Positions 9,767 through 19,091 of a stretch of 64,000 nucleotides of DNA are shown piece after piece. This stretch comes from a virus (Duplodnaviria; Caudoviricetes). The first letter of the stretch is position 1; the number at the start of each line of letters is the position of its first letter. The DNA lies in the IMG/VR virus record IMGVR_UViG_3300020411_000002, one strand, 5' to 3'. Position numbers and translations under genes: made by a program. Under the pieces are notes generated by a model. That model was given only the letters and a program-made list of their open reading frames with translations, did not search any database and was not told where the DNA came from.

Positions 9767-10570
9767 ATGAAAACAATGGAAGCTATAATCTCAAACATGA
9801 GAAACGCCGAAGACTTGTTTATTACTTACTTAAACGAGCTAGGAAAAACAAACCGTTCTATTTATATGTTTTTCCGTAACGTACAAGAACTGTCCTACGC
9901 TGCCGAAAAAGTTGCAGCAATTAAGAGCGCTGAAATATTGGCTGCTAATTCTAATCAGTGTTACTTAGTAGTATCGCTGAATAAGGCGTTGCCTGAAAAC
10001 CACCAGCATAGCGTATACAGCTACCTTATTCAAAACGTAGAACAGACGAGCGATAACTTAAAGAAAGCTTTCGATGTATGCGACTCTAACGGTTTAGATA
10101 TTGATGTATTTAAGCCTATGAACCTTATGTCTGAAAGCATGAAGTTGGAAATAAAAGACGGGCTACTAAAGCGTATAGCGTATGGAAACTTATTAGACCT
10201 AGAGCAGTGTAAAGAACTGTTTGGACTGTCGGACGAAACCGACGAAACCGAAGACGAAGTTCCTGTGCGTGAAGTTCATATACACGAAGTATTACCAGTT
10301 ATTTCATCTTACGCTAAAAACGAAGCATTCAAAGCAGTAAAAGATTTGTCCGAGGAAGACCGAGCTAAGTTTATAGAAAAAGCTTTGAAGTATACCCAGC
10401 AAAGCTTTTTCTTGAAAAAACTTCCAGAGGGTTCAGACCTGCACTCTGTTATGTTTAGAGTCGGTGAAGAAGTTGGAGACTTCAATTCGTTTGATTCTAA
10501 AACAAAAGCACTCATACTTATATCGGAGTGTTCGGCTGCGTACTTGGTAAAACTTTACGACTGCATATAA
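9767..10570 (+). CDS. Hypothetical protein, paralog of 9293-9757 with an extra C-terminal domain
   Basis: 267 aa; first ~150 aa align by eye to the upstream ORF; acidic linker. Confidence 0.75.
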   Translation: MKTMEAIISNMRNAEDLFITYLNELGKTNRSIYMFFRNVQELSYAAEKVAAIKSAEILAANSNQCYLVVSLNKALPENHQHSVYSYLIQNVEQTSDNLKKAFDVCDSNGLDIDVFKPMNLMSESMKLEIKDGLLKRIAYGNLLDLEQCKELFGLSDETDETEDEVPVREVHIHEVLPVISSYAKNEAFKAVKDLSEEDRAKFIEKALKYTQQSFFLKKLPEGSDLHSVMFRVGEEVGDFNSFDSKTKALILISECSAAYLVKLYDCI

Positions 10571-10580
10571 GGAGATTAAA

Positions 10581-10943
10581 GTGAAAGAAGTATCTGAATA
10601 TATTGTTTTGGGCACTGTGCATAAAAACACATTATGTATGACTCCTAAGAACATTCTTGTTGTTGCTAGAAACGTTGGTTACAAAGTAGATAGAGAGCGT
10701 AATCCTCAAAAATGGGCAGAGCAGTATATTGAAGGTGCTTCTTTCATGAACGTGTTGCCCGGAGTTTACGAATCTAAAAAGCTATGTATCCAATGGCGAC
10801 ACCAGCTACCATACAGCGTAGCGGAACAGTGCGACATTATTGTCGTTAATCATGACGGAGAGCAGGACTTTCCGGTTAACAAAATTAAAGTTCTGGAAGA
10901 ACTTGTTTCATGTGGATTGATATATGAAAGAGAAGTTACATAA
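10581..10943 (+). CDS. Hypothetical protein
   Basis: GTG start after AAGGAG SD. Confidence 0.75.
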   Translation: MKEVSEYIVLGTVHKNTLCMTPKNILVVARNVGYKVDRERNPQKWAEQYIEGASFMNVLPGVYESKKLCIQWRHQLPYSVAEQCDIIVVNHDGEQDFPVNKIKVLEELVSCGLIYEREVT

Positions 10944-11307
10944 TATTCAAAGTTCTTCTATACCTACAGAAGAAATGTTAAATCGGTTTTGGAAATTGTC
11001 TATTGAGCAAATTGCCGCAATCTTTGTGAACAATTTTCATGACATAGATCCAGAAGAAGATAGTGTATTCAACAAAGAAGGCTTTACGGCAGTAGTAACC
11101 AAACATCTAAGAAGTTACATGATGGATGCGGAGTACGTTGTTTGCTTTACGATTAGATCGCTTGATGAATCTAATGACCCGAATGCCGAAGCAAGTCTTA
11201 CGTTTGCACGACAGTTCTATAGAGCTTTGGACGTAGACGAAGATGACTTTGAAATAGGTTTTGACCTATGCGTTGAACACTTTACGATTGTTCTAGGAGG
11301 TAAATAA
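10924..11307 (+). CDS. Hypothetical protein
   Basis: 127-aa ORF overlapping its neighbours. Confidence 0.7.
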   Translation: MKEKLHNIQSSSIPTEEMLNRFWKLSIEQIAAIFVNNFHDIDPEEDSVFNKEGFTAVVTKHLRSYMMDAEYVVCFTIRSLDESNDPNAEASLTFARQFYRALDVDEDDFEIGFDLCVEHFTIVLGGK

Positions 11308-11642
11308 TGCCTGCGTTTCAATGTTCCAAATGCGGTAGAGTAGATAATACAGCTACTGGACTTGGTAACATTCTTAGACGAACCAAAGACCTTTTCGATT
11401 GGTCTGATATAGAAGAACAGTATCACGGTAAACAGCTTTGTGCGGAACATGCACCTGCCCGTTATCGTGACGGTACTGCTACTGACTACGGAAAGTGGCA
11501 CAACACGTTTCCAATCATGTATCTACCAAAGAACATGTTTGAAGAAAAGAATTTCAACTTAGTACATAAAGAAACTGGTGAGCCGTACGGCGAATGGGTT
11601 AAACGTACTAGTTGGGACACCAGCAAAGAAGACAAACAATAA
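11307..11642 (+). CDS. Small Cys/His protein
   Basis: AGGAGG SD; FQCSKCG...LCAEH. Confidence 0.75.
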   Translation: MPAFQCSKCGRVDNTATGLGNILRRTKDLFDWSDIEEQYHGKQLCAEHAPARYRDGTATDYGKWHNTFPIMYLPKNMFEEKNFNLVHKETGEPYGEWVKRTSWDTSKEDKQ

Positions 11643-11661
11643 GTTCAAAAGGGAGCTTCAA

Positions 11662-12078
11662 ATGAAACAAATCACTGGCTTAGAAATAGCAACAATATTA
11701 CGTTCAATGTATAGTAGCGGCAAGAAGCCGCATCAAATAGCTTTCTTGCTTTTGCTTCATTACAAGAAAGACTTGTCTGTAGCTGAGTTTACGTACTTTA
11801 TGGGCGACCTGAAAAATTCGTCAGGAAAGCTACTAACTCGGTCTATGGTTTACTCTTATTTGTATGCTCTAGAAAAGCAGCACTACGTACAAAAAGAAAA
11901 GATGATTAGTGAAGAAGGTGCGTCATGTAACGTATACTCATTGACTCCAAAAGGGTATGGCTTAGTTCTTCCAATTATAGAACTAACAGACAACTGGGAT
12001 ACAGTGCGGTCTAGCTCTACTATTGTATCATTGTTTTCTACCGTGAACAGTACTGCATCGAGTAATACTACTCACTAA
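11662..12078 (+). CDS. Winged-helix (PadR/MarR-like) DNA-binding protein
   Basis: ATG 11662 after GGGAG; SMVYSYLYALEKQHYV...VYSLTPKG pattern. Confidence 0.6.
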   Translation: MKQITGLEIATILRSMYSSGKKPHQIAFLLLLHYKKDLSVAEFTYFMGDLKNSSGKLLTRSMVYSYLYALEKQHYVQKEKMISEEGASCNVYSLTPKGYGLVLPIIELTDNWDTVRSSSTIVSLFSTVNSTASSNTTH

Positions 12079-12112
12079 TTTAAAAGGGTGAGAACATAAA
12101 GAGTATCACCCT

Positions 12113-12889
12113 ATGAAAAAACTATTACTTCTGTTAGTGCTATGTTTTAGCGCACAAGCAGACAGAAGCATTATTGTAAATGTTTCAGAGGACTTTGCAT
12201 TCCCCTTGGGACAAGAAGTATTTTCAGACCTCGTCAGCGAATTGTATGTAGATGTTCCAGTAACAGTGGAAGTTACATACTTGCCCGCTAGACGGGGTTT
12301 ATTGCTTTTAAATGCAGACGAAATCGAAGCTGATTTGTACAAGTCAAAGAATGTCTTAGAACCTTACTCAAATTTGCTAGTACTTGAAGAACCTTTAATG
12401 GAAATCAGAGTAGCTATATTTTGCTTAGAGCGTAGTAACTGCGTACTGAACAAAGATACTATTTATTTAGTTCCAAGAGGTTTAGAGTCGGCAATGCAGT
12501 ATTGCTTAGAGAGTTCTTTAACTTGCGCTTATGTGTCTAGCGACCATGCATTTAAGGCTCTTGAACAAAACAAAGGTGACGCACTCTTTATGGATATGGC
12601 AGGTGCTACTCGGTTCTTATGTGGTTATTCTTTTCCAAAGATTTATTATTTGGAAATGTCCGAACTAAGTACAGAAGTATATCATGTAGTATCTAAAAGT
12701 ATGGAAGAATATGTACCTATGCTCACTCAGTCTATTGTTACTGTCAATAGAACTGGATATGTAGAAAAATCTATAGGTGCTTTTTGGAATGAATTCTACG
12801 GTTGTACCTCCTCTATTCCAATTAATGTAAATAGTGAGTATCAGCAATTGTTGGAGAATCTAAATGGAACAGACGCGACAAAACGATGA
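12113..12889 (+). CDS. Periplasmic solute-binding-protein-like (family 3 / PBP type 2)
   Basis: Signal peptide MKKLLLLLVLCFSAQA; LPARRGLLLLNADEIEA, YSNLLVLEEPL, RG, AFKALEQNKGDA resemble gammaproteobacterial SBP_bac_3-like proteins. Confidence 0.6.
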   Translation: MKKLLLLLVLCFSAQADRSIIVNVSEDFAFPLGQEVFSDLVSELYVDVPVTVEVTYLPARRGLLLLNADEIEADLYKSKNVLEPYSNLLVLEEPLMEIRVAIFCLERSNCVLNKDTIYLVPRGLESAMQYCLESSLTCAYVSSDHAFKALEQNKGDALFMDMAGATRFLCGYSFPKIYYLEMSELSTEVYHVVSKSMEEYVPMLTQSIVTVNRTGYVEKSIGAFWNEFYGCTSSIPINVNSEYQQLLENLNGTDATKR

Positions 12890-13253
12890 GCTTTATTGGG
12901 CACTACCTAAAGGAAAAGAAAATACAGAAGATAATTGGATAGTTGTTCTGTTCGATGACGGCAAGTTTCGTAAGATTGGAACTACGCACTCGTATAAGGA
13001 ATCCGACTTTTCTATAGTAGGTTTCCAGACGTTACATAACTATACGCGTATGGCAAGACTGGTTTCAGAGCAACAAAAATTCCCTGTAAAACGCCCTGTA
13101 GATAAGGTTGAAAAGATTCTTAGTATACTGAGAACTCTTAAAGACGACTTCGAAGGCAATGGAAGTCTAACCGATTCTTATCGACAGAATGAAGTGCAAA
13201 AGATATACAGGCTAATGGATGCGCTAGACGATGGAAACAATAAGACTGGATAA
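12864..13253 (+). CDS. Hypothetical protein
   Basis: 129-aa ORF. Confidence 0.7.
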   Translation: MEQTRQNDELYWALPKGKENTEDNWIVVLFDDGKFRKIGTTHSYKESDFSIVGFQTLHNYTRMARLVSEQQKFPVKRPVDKVEKILSILRTLKDDFEGNGSLTDSYRQNEVQKIYRLMDALDDGNNKTG

Positions 13254-13872
13254 AGACTACCCTGTAGTAACGTTTTCTGATCTGTTAGATCAGCCCATAC
13301 TCTTTAAACTGAGAAGCAATGAAGTAATTACTTTTTCAGCTATTGGTTTTTGGAGAATTTATTCAATATCTAAAACAGGAGAACCTCTGTATCGATACGA
13401 GCTATTAAGAATAAAAGAGTCTGAATCTGAATTTGAACATGACAAGCTCCCAGAAGATGTAGAGTGCGGTAGTTTTCATATTTTGTTTATACGAGATATG
13501 AGAGATTGGGTCGACAAGATTTTAATAGTCGATGACATTATCTTAAAAGTTGTACAAGATATAATGGAAAGTATAAAGCCTGTAGAAGGTTACGAAGATT
13601 ATTTTTGCCTTCGTGTAGTGATAAATGATGAATTACCTATACATCACTCCTGCTCCATTTTAAGCTATAGCACTTCTGATAGATCTATTATCGAAAAAAT
13701 GGGACAACAAGGAACTTTAGATAGCAGATCTTCGTCTTTTATAATAAGGCACTTGGGTCGAAAGTGTAGTATTAAGCAGTACAAGAAGCTTATGAAGGAA
13801 CATTCTGCCGATGTTACTCTGCTAAGTCAAAGTTCAGGTTCTGGATCTAAGCTAAAATTATCCTATAACTGA
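13231..13872 (+). CDS. Hypothetical protein
   Basis: 213-aa ORF. Confidence 0.7.
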   Translation: METIRLDKDYPVVTFSDLLDQPILFKLRSNEVITFSAIGFWRIYSISKTGEPLYRYELLRIKESESEFEHDKLPEDVECGSFHILFIRDMRDWVDKILIVDDIILKVVQDIMESIKPVEGYEDYFCLRVVINDELPIHHSCSILSYSTSDRSIIEKMGQQGTLDSRSSSFIIRHLGRKCSIKQYKKLMKEHSADVTLLSQSSGSGSKLKLSYN

Positions 13873-13881
13873 GGAAAAGAA

Positions 13882-14448
13882 ATGTTATCCTTCTATCCGT
13901 TAATAACAAAGAACAGGGACTTGTTCTCTTATGAGATAAGGAAGAGCGTAGTAGAAGATCTTTCTATGGGTAAACGCCCAGGTGAGATTCTTGTGCTAAC
14001 TCATGACAATCGAATCAGTTTCTTGTTGGATGAACTTCGTAGAAACGTTACAGTATCGAATGAATCGGACTCGTTGCCTTTCAACCTGTTCGATTCATTC
14101 AGCCCTTTCCAATTAGATAGAAAAACTGTAAAGACACGAGCAGTAGTTAACACAAGCTATACAAGTACGATTGGTACGAATTTAAGTCGAACCGGATTTA
14201 GAACAGTTTATATGGTCATACCAAAAGCTTGGGAAGACTTTATAGGTTCTCTTTCCAGTGATCTTACATTCGACGATTTTTGTAAGTATCTAGCCCGAGT
14301 AAATGGGCAAAGCTTTTTGCAGTTCCTACATAATATCTCTAGACCAACATCTTTTGAATTTGAGTTAGAAATACACATAGTCTGCTCTAGTCGAAAGACT
14401 TACACGGCTCTAAAGAAATATTTAAGGAAGGCAAAAGCGGTAGAATAA
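13882..14448 (+). CDS. Hypothetical protein
   Basis: 188-aa ORF, GAGGA SD. Confidence 0.7.
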   Translation: MLSFYPLITKNRDLFSYEIRKSVVEDLSMGKRPGEILVLTHDNRISFLLDELRRNVTVSNESDSLPFNLFDSFSPFQLDRKTVKTRAVVNTSYTSTIGTNLSRTGFRTVYMVIPKAWEDFIGSLSSDLTFDDFCKYLARVNGQSFLQFLHNISRPTSFEFELEIHIVCSSRKTYTALKKYLRKAKAVE

Positions 14449-14458
14449 TAGGAAAGAA

Positions 14459-15478
14459 ATGAACAAAATTGGATTCGCCTGTAAATTTGTTTATCCTGAC
14501 CGAAGTCTGCCTCTAAAGCAGATTAACGAAATTGAACGGCAGTACAATATGAAATCTACTACCGTTAAATGGTTACGCGATAATAAAAAGCAGGCACATG
14601 GAAAGCTAGAAGAGATTTGCCTCTACAACGCACAGTGTATACTTAACTTAGTCAGTATGGTAAGTAGCTGGCCTGTGTCGCTAAGAATGGTACGTATAGG
14701 GAGTGATGTACTCCCTGTATACACCCATGCTGAATTTCGTGACTTCTACAAGAAAGCTAAATTCATGGATAAAGTAGAGTCACTACTCAGTGAAGCTGGG
14801 CATATCGCCCGAACTAAAAACGTCAAGCTATCTATGCACCCCGGTCAGTTTTGCGTTCTTGCATCTGACAAACCCCACGTACTAACAAACTCTATAGAAG
14901 AATTTGAATATCATGTTGATTTAATTCGCATGATGGGCTTCGGAAAGTCTAAACTTGATTTTAAATGTAATGTACACTTGTCTGGTGCAGGTGGAGCGGA
15001 AACATTCAAGCAGACTTACAAGAAACTTTCAAATGAGGCTAGAAGGGTTATCACTCTAGAGAACGACGAATTCAGTTCAGACCTGAATGACTTGTTGCCT
15101 CTATCCAAACTCGTAGGAATTGTTTTAGACTTGCACCACTATTGGGTCTATAATGAAAAGTACATTGAGTCCAACGACCCGCGATTGAAAATAATCGAAG
15201 ACAGTTGGCAAGGTGTTACTCCTACCATCCACTACTCCTATAGCAGAGAAGATTACGTATCTGATGTATTCGGGCAGAGACCTGATATGCGTACACTTCT
15301 GTCCCATGGAACTCCCAAAACCAAACTACGCGCACATAGCGACTTCTATCCAAACGCTACAGTTAACCGTTATGTCCTTTCTTTTCTCAAACGCTTTGAT
15401 ATCATGTGTGAAGCAAAAGCTAAAAACCTAGCTAGCTGGCAATTGTACGCTCAGGCACAGCAGGTTAAGTACTTATAA
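14459..15478 (+). CDS. uvsE: UV-damage endonuclease (UvsE/UVDE family)
   Basis: IGFACK, RIGSD, SMHPGQF, LENDE, VLDLHH, PTIHYS, RAHSD, DIMCEAKAK motifs. Confidence 0.92.
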   Translation: MNKIGFACKFVYPDRSLPLKQINEIERQYNMKSTTVKWLRDNKKQAHGKLEEICLYNAQCILNLVSMVSSWPVSLRMVRIGSDVLPVYTHAEFRDFYKKAKFMDKVESLLSEAGHIARTKNVKLSMHPGQFCVLASDKPHVLTNSIEEFEYHVDLIRMMGFGKSKLDFKCNVHLSGAGGAETFKQTYKKLSNEARRVITLENDEFSSDLNDLLPLSKLVGIVLDLHHYWVYNEKYIESNDPRLKIIEDSWQGVTPTIHYSYSREDYVSDVFGQRPDMRTLLSHGTPKTKLRAHSDFYPNATVNRYVLSFLKRFDIMCEAKAKNLASWQLYAQAQQVKYL

Positions 15479-15490
15479 TTATTTTTTAGA

Positions 15491-15535
15491 CGGGACAAAA
15501 CTGCTCTGTTTTTATAGCGCATATTGTAGTATAGT
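15491..15535 (+). promoter_or_regulatory. Motif-A promoter
   Basis: CGGGACAAAA 15491-15500, 29-nt gap, TATAGT 15530-15535. Confidence 0.55.
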
Positions 15536-15593
15536 AGCACAACGCTGAGTTAAGCGTTAAAACGTGTGTTTTTGTATAAAAAACATACACCTA

Positions 15594-15609
15594 AATAAAA
15601 GTGTAAATA
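15594..15609 (+). promoter_or_regulatory. Motif-B (TGTAAATA) putative phage promoter
   Basis: AATAAAAGTGTAAATA, identical to 15868-15883. Confidence 0.55.
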
Positions 15610-15637
15610 GTAATATATAAACTATGCATTTGGGGAA

Positions 15638-15775
15638 ATGATGAATCTTTTTGATCAACTTGATAAAGCATTCGAAAAGGAATTCAAACAGGTAGCTAAG
15701 AAAACTCCTAGCAAACCTGTAGACTGTAAAAGGAAAGAAAATGGTAATAAAAAGCAGCAACAAAAACTACAATAA
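15638..15775 (+). CDS. Small basic protein (45 aa), not in the ORF track
   Basis: GGGG SD then MMNLFDQLDKAFEKEFKQVAKKTPSKPVDCKRKENGNKKQQQKLQ. Confidence 0.5.
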   Translation: MMNLFDQLDKAFEKEFKQVAKKTPSKPVDCKRKENGNKKQQQKLQ

Positions 15776-15872
15776 AGCTAAGCGCGTTTTTATGGATATA
15801 CTATACAGTCCAGTCGGCGCTATTTTATTTGTGCTATTGATAGTGTTAGTATTAGCTCTATTTGGGGAATAA
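15741..15872 (+). CDS. Small single-TM protein (43 aa), not in the ORF track
   Basis: AGGA SD then MVIKSSNKNYNKAKRVFMDILYSPVGAILFVLLIVLVLALFGE. Confidence 0.55.
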   Translation: MVIKSSNKNYNKAKRVFMDILYSPVGAILFVLLIVLVLALFGE

Positions 15873-15883
15873 AAGTGTAAATA
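15868..15883 (+). promoter_or_regulatory. Motif-B (TGTAAATA) putative phage promoter
   Basis: Second AATAAAAGTGTAAATA copy, upstream of ORF 15932. Confidence 0.55.
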
Positions 15884-15931
15884 ACGGTTATGGGGACTTT
15901 TTAGTTCCCATAAATTGTTTCTATTCGATAT

Positions 15932-16321
15932 TTGGAACACCCTATGGAAAAGTTAAACGAACTATTAAATGGAATTCCTTATGACCTAATGCGTGTGTAT
16001 TATGCCAAGCGTATTGGTCGATATATAAAGAAAGCGCACAAATGCCCTAAGAACGAATCGCGTTTGTTTTTAAAGCGCGTAGTTAAGACGATAGACCTAG
16101 TGTATTCAATGCGCAAATATGATGAACGTGTGTTTTTAACCTATCGCGCCTTGATTCAAAAGACTTTTGGAACTTCTGCATTCTTGTTCTATGTGCAACA
16201 CTTAGATAGAGATAACTTTTCAAGCTTTTCTAGGCATTATTTTTTAAACCATTTAACGGTCGATGATGTGTACGCCGAGATCGATAGAAATATAACGGGA
16301 CAAAACTTACAAGAAACTTAA
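15932..16321 (+). CDS. Hypothetical basic protein (start may be the ATG four codons downstream)
   Basis: 129-aa ORF. Confidence 0.6.
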   Translation: MEHPMEKLNELLNGIPYDLMRVYYAKRIGRYIKKAHKCPKNESRLFLKRVVKTIDLVYSMRKYDERVFLTYRALIQKTFGTSAFLFYVQHLDRDNFSSFSRHYFLNHLTVDDVYAEIDRNITGQNLQET

Positions 16322-16339
16322 ACTGTTCTTTGCTATACT
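16296..16339 (+). promoter_or_regulatory. Motif-A promoter
   Basis: CGGGACAAAA 16296-16305, 28-nt gap, TGcTATACT with hexamer 16334-16339. Confidence 0.7.
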
Positions 16340-16377
16340 TTCATTACTGCACTAAACAGTAAACAAGAGGAAATACT

Positions 16378-16704
16378 ATGAATGACAAACAAATGCAAAA
16401 CGCATTCATGTCGGTTAGATTTGAAACCGCATGCCTTGATAAATCTTTGCAGAAATCTGGACGCTCACTTTCAGACGATAGCGTTTGGGAAGAAGTCTTT
16501 AAGTCTGCGGAAGAATGCGGCAAACTGTTCTATCAATTTGCTGGCGTGATTGTTGAGCCAAGCTTTGAGAACGAAGATGAAGAAGCTATGTCTGCGTATA
16601 GCGACTTTGTAGAGAACAATTCAAACTGGCCTAACTGGATTAGTTCTGTCCTAGATTCCAATTGGAAGAAAGTTGCAGAGCTTGTTAGAGAGAACGGTTA
16701 CTAG
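16378..16704 (+). CDS. Hypothetical protein
   Basis: GAGGA SD; 108 aa. Confidence 0.8.
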   Translation: MNDKQMQNAFMSVRFETACLDKSLQKSGRSLSDDSVWEEVFKSAEECGKLFYQFAGVIVEPSFENEDEEAMSAYSDFVENNSNWPNWISSVLDSNWKKVAELVRENGY

Positions 16705-16714
16705 GTTATAAGCT

Positions 16715-16736
16715 AGTGGGTTTTACGAAATCCACT
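16715..16736 (+). terminator. Hairpin downstream of a stop codon
   Basis: AGTGGGTTT-TACG-AAATCCACT; no clear U-tract. Confidence 0.35.
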
Positions 16737-16756
16737 GACGTATAACTTAACTATAG

Positions 16757-16800
16757 CGGGACAAAATGTTCAAAACATCACTGCTATATTTTGCTATACT
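16757..16800 (+). promoter_or_regulatory. Motif-A promoter
   Basis: CGGGACAAAA 16757-16766, 28-nt gap, TGcTATACT with hexamer 16795-16800. Confidence 0.7.
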
Positions 16801-16863
16801 TGTAGACGCTGGAAACAGCACACTTTTGTATTTTATTTTTAATCTTTCGTAGGAAACAGATAT

Positions 16864-18678
16864 ATGTCTATTTTAACAGATGCAAGCATGGTAGGTAAAA
16901 CAGTTAAAGCGCTAAACGGCGACCGTTGTAAGATCGTTAAAGCGTTAAAAGACAACTACAAGCTTGATAACGGAAATCTAATTCGTGCAAAGCAAGTTAT
17001 GCAGAAAGGGCGTGGATTTGTTCAGACTGACCTTACAATGCGCGATCTTGAAGACTCAGGTGCTGGATACGTAACACTAAAAGATTCTGGTACATCGAAG
17101 ACACCAGCAAAAAAGCCTGCAAACAAACCGGCTTCGAGTGGAACAAAGCAATCCAAAAACTCGGCGAAATCCAAAGAAGAAAAAACTGAGACTCGCCGCA
17201 AGCGTAAGCCAAAGCAAGAATCTAAAGAAGAAAAAGCTTCTACTCCACGCCGTACTCAAAGTTCAAAAACTAAGACACCAGCTAAAACACCTGATAAGAC
17301 ACCAGCTAAAACTAAGTCTAAGATTGAGCGTGTAGCGCTTGAAGGCAACAGCAAGTCTACATTGGAAAAGCTGCGTAAATTTATTGATATCACCGTGAAC
17401 GAACATTTAGTTACGTATCACTCAAACATTAATGCCGTAACTACAGGCGTATTAGTCAACAAAGACTATGACCAGATCGAATTCCAAGTTCGAGTAGCTC
17501 TAGACGTTCCTAAACCTGAACATCACAACAACGAATATTACTTTGCAATTGCTAAAGAAATCGGCGCGAACCTTAAAACACCTAGCTCAAAAATTCAAGC
17601 TATGCTTGCTACTCGCTTAGATATTGACGAAGCGGATCTTGAAGAAGAGTTTGTATTGAGTGTCGGCGATATCTTGCTTGATGAAGAAGGCAATCACCTT
17701 ATCTTCTGTGGTATGACTAAACGCTCTGGTAAGAATCAAATTGTTCTTGTCGATGTTAAGAATGAACAAGCGCTTGAAGTTGACCTGAAGTTCTTTGATA
17801 CGCTTGATTGGACTAGCTCTACACTAACTGAAATGTTCGGTCCTAGCATTGAAGATGTTGACGTTGCCGATGATGACCTGACTGACGACTTCGATATTGA
17901 AGATGAACTTGTACCAATTGCAGAACTTGATTGGGAAAATACAGACCGCGAAACCTTGATTGATTTACTATCTCTGAGCTACTCTGACGAAGACATTATT
18001 GAGTTCTTGGAAAACAACGATGACATCGAAGTGACCAAAGAAGATCTTGAAGCGCCGATTAATGAGTTGATTGAAAATCTGGTTTCTATCATGAAAGATG
18101 AAGAAATCGATTTTGAAGAAGATGATGATCTTGAAGCCGCTCTTGAAGAAGGCGACGACCTTGAAGATGATGAACTTGAAGATGATGAACTTGAAGATGA
18201 TGAACTTGAAGACGACCTAGACGAAGAGCTTGAAGACGAAGAGCTTGAAGACGATCTAGACGACGACCTAGAAGACGGTGAAGAAGTTGAAGTAGAAGAG
18301 CTTGATGTTGATGATATGCTTGAAGAGCTTCTAGCAAGCAATGCAATTACGGCAGCGCAATCTCGTAAAATGTCTGATGAAAAAATCGTAAGCAAATACT
18401 ACGAAGTGTTCGGCGAAGACGAAGACGAAGACGAGCTTGAAGAAGAGGCGGAAGAGTTAACAGTGGATGAAATGGCAGATGCCTTACTTGATGCCGATGT
18501 TATCTCTGCAAAAGAACTTCGCAAAATGAGCGATGAAGATATTGCCGAAGCATACGCTGAAAACTTTGATGCCGAACTTGATGCCGAAGAAGAAATCGAA
18601 GACGAAGACGAAGACGAACTTTTGGATGATGAAGAGCTTCTAGACGAAGACGACCTAGAAGACGACCTAGAAGACTAA
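16864..18678 (+). CDS. Charge-segregated low-complexity protein (basic N-terminal third, D/E-rich C-terminal half)
   Basis: 604 aa; KTPAKKP/KTPDKTPAK repeats; long EDDELEDD tracts; duplicated ...RKMSDE... module. Confidence 0.85.
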   Translation: MSILTDASMVGKTVKALNGDRCKIVKALKDNYKLDNGNLIRAKQVMQKGRGFVQTDLTMRDLEDSGAGYVTLKDSGTSKTPAKKPANKPASSGTKQSKNSAKSKEEKTETRRKRKPKQESKEEKASTPRRTQSSKTKTPAKTPDKTPAKTKSKIERVALEGNSKSTLEKLRKFIDITVNEHLVTYHSNINAVTTGVLVNKDYDQIEFQVRVALDVPKPEHHNNEYYFAIAKEIGANLKTPSSKIQAMLATRLDIDEADLEEEFVLSVGDILLDEEGNHLIFCGMTKRSGKNQIVLVDVKNEQALEVDLKFFDTLDWTSSTLTEMFGPSIEDVDVADDDLTDDFDIEDELVPIAELDWENTDRETLIDLLSLSYSDEDIIEFLENNDDIEVTKEDLEAPINELIENLVSIMKDEEIDFEEDDDLEAALEEGDDLEDDELEDDELEDDELEDDLDEELEDEELEDDLDDDLEDGEEVEVEELDVDDMLEELLASNAITAAQSRKMSDEKIVSKYYEVFGEDEDEDELEEEAEELTVDEMADALLDADVISAKELRKMSDEDIAEAYAENFDAELDAEEEIEDEDEDELLDDEELLDEDDLEDDLED

Positions 18679-18696
18679 TCTCATTCGGAGGCACTA

Positions 18697-19080
18697 ATGG
18701 AAAATCTTGAATCGATGTTTCTCGGTGCTGTCTATAGTGCAATTATTAAATCTGCAATCTCTAGTAAAGACGGGTACATGACTGTGCCCGAACTTACTAG
18801 CTACATTAACATTCTGCCTAAACGCGGTGTGGAAATGGCAAAGATTGTAAATGCAACTTTGTTGAAGATATCTAAGTTTGAAGCAAAGCACGGTCGACCT
18901 ATGCTCACTGCTATTGTCTGCAAGCAAGACAAAAAGAACAATGATATCTTTCCTAGTGATTGGTTTTTTACTTGCGCTAAAGAAGCGGGTTACGATGTTC
19001 CAGAAAACGAGACAGAAAGACTGACGTTTTGGAAATCTCAATTCGATGAAGTTCACGAATATTGGAACCTAAAAATCTAA
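18697..19080 (+). CDS. Stand-alone putative DNA-binding domain (GRPMLTAIV...PSDWFF...FW motif)
   Basis: GGAGG SD; motif recalled from domains often fused to HNH/restriction nucleases (unverified). Confidence 0.45.
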   Translation: MENLESMFLGAVYSAIIKSAISSKDGYMTVPELTSYINILPKRGVEMAKIVNATLLKISKFEAKHGRPMLTAIVCKQDKKNNDIFPSDWFFTCAKEAGYDVPENETERLTFWKSQFDEVHEYWNLKI

Positions 19081-19091
19081 CTGGAAATATT

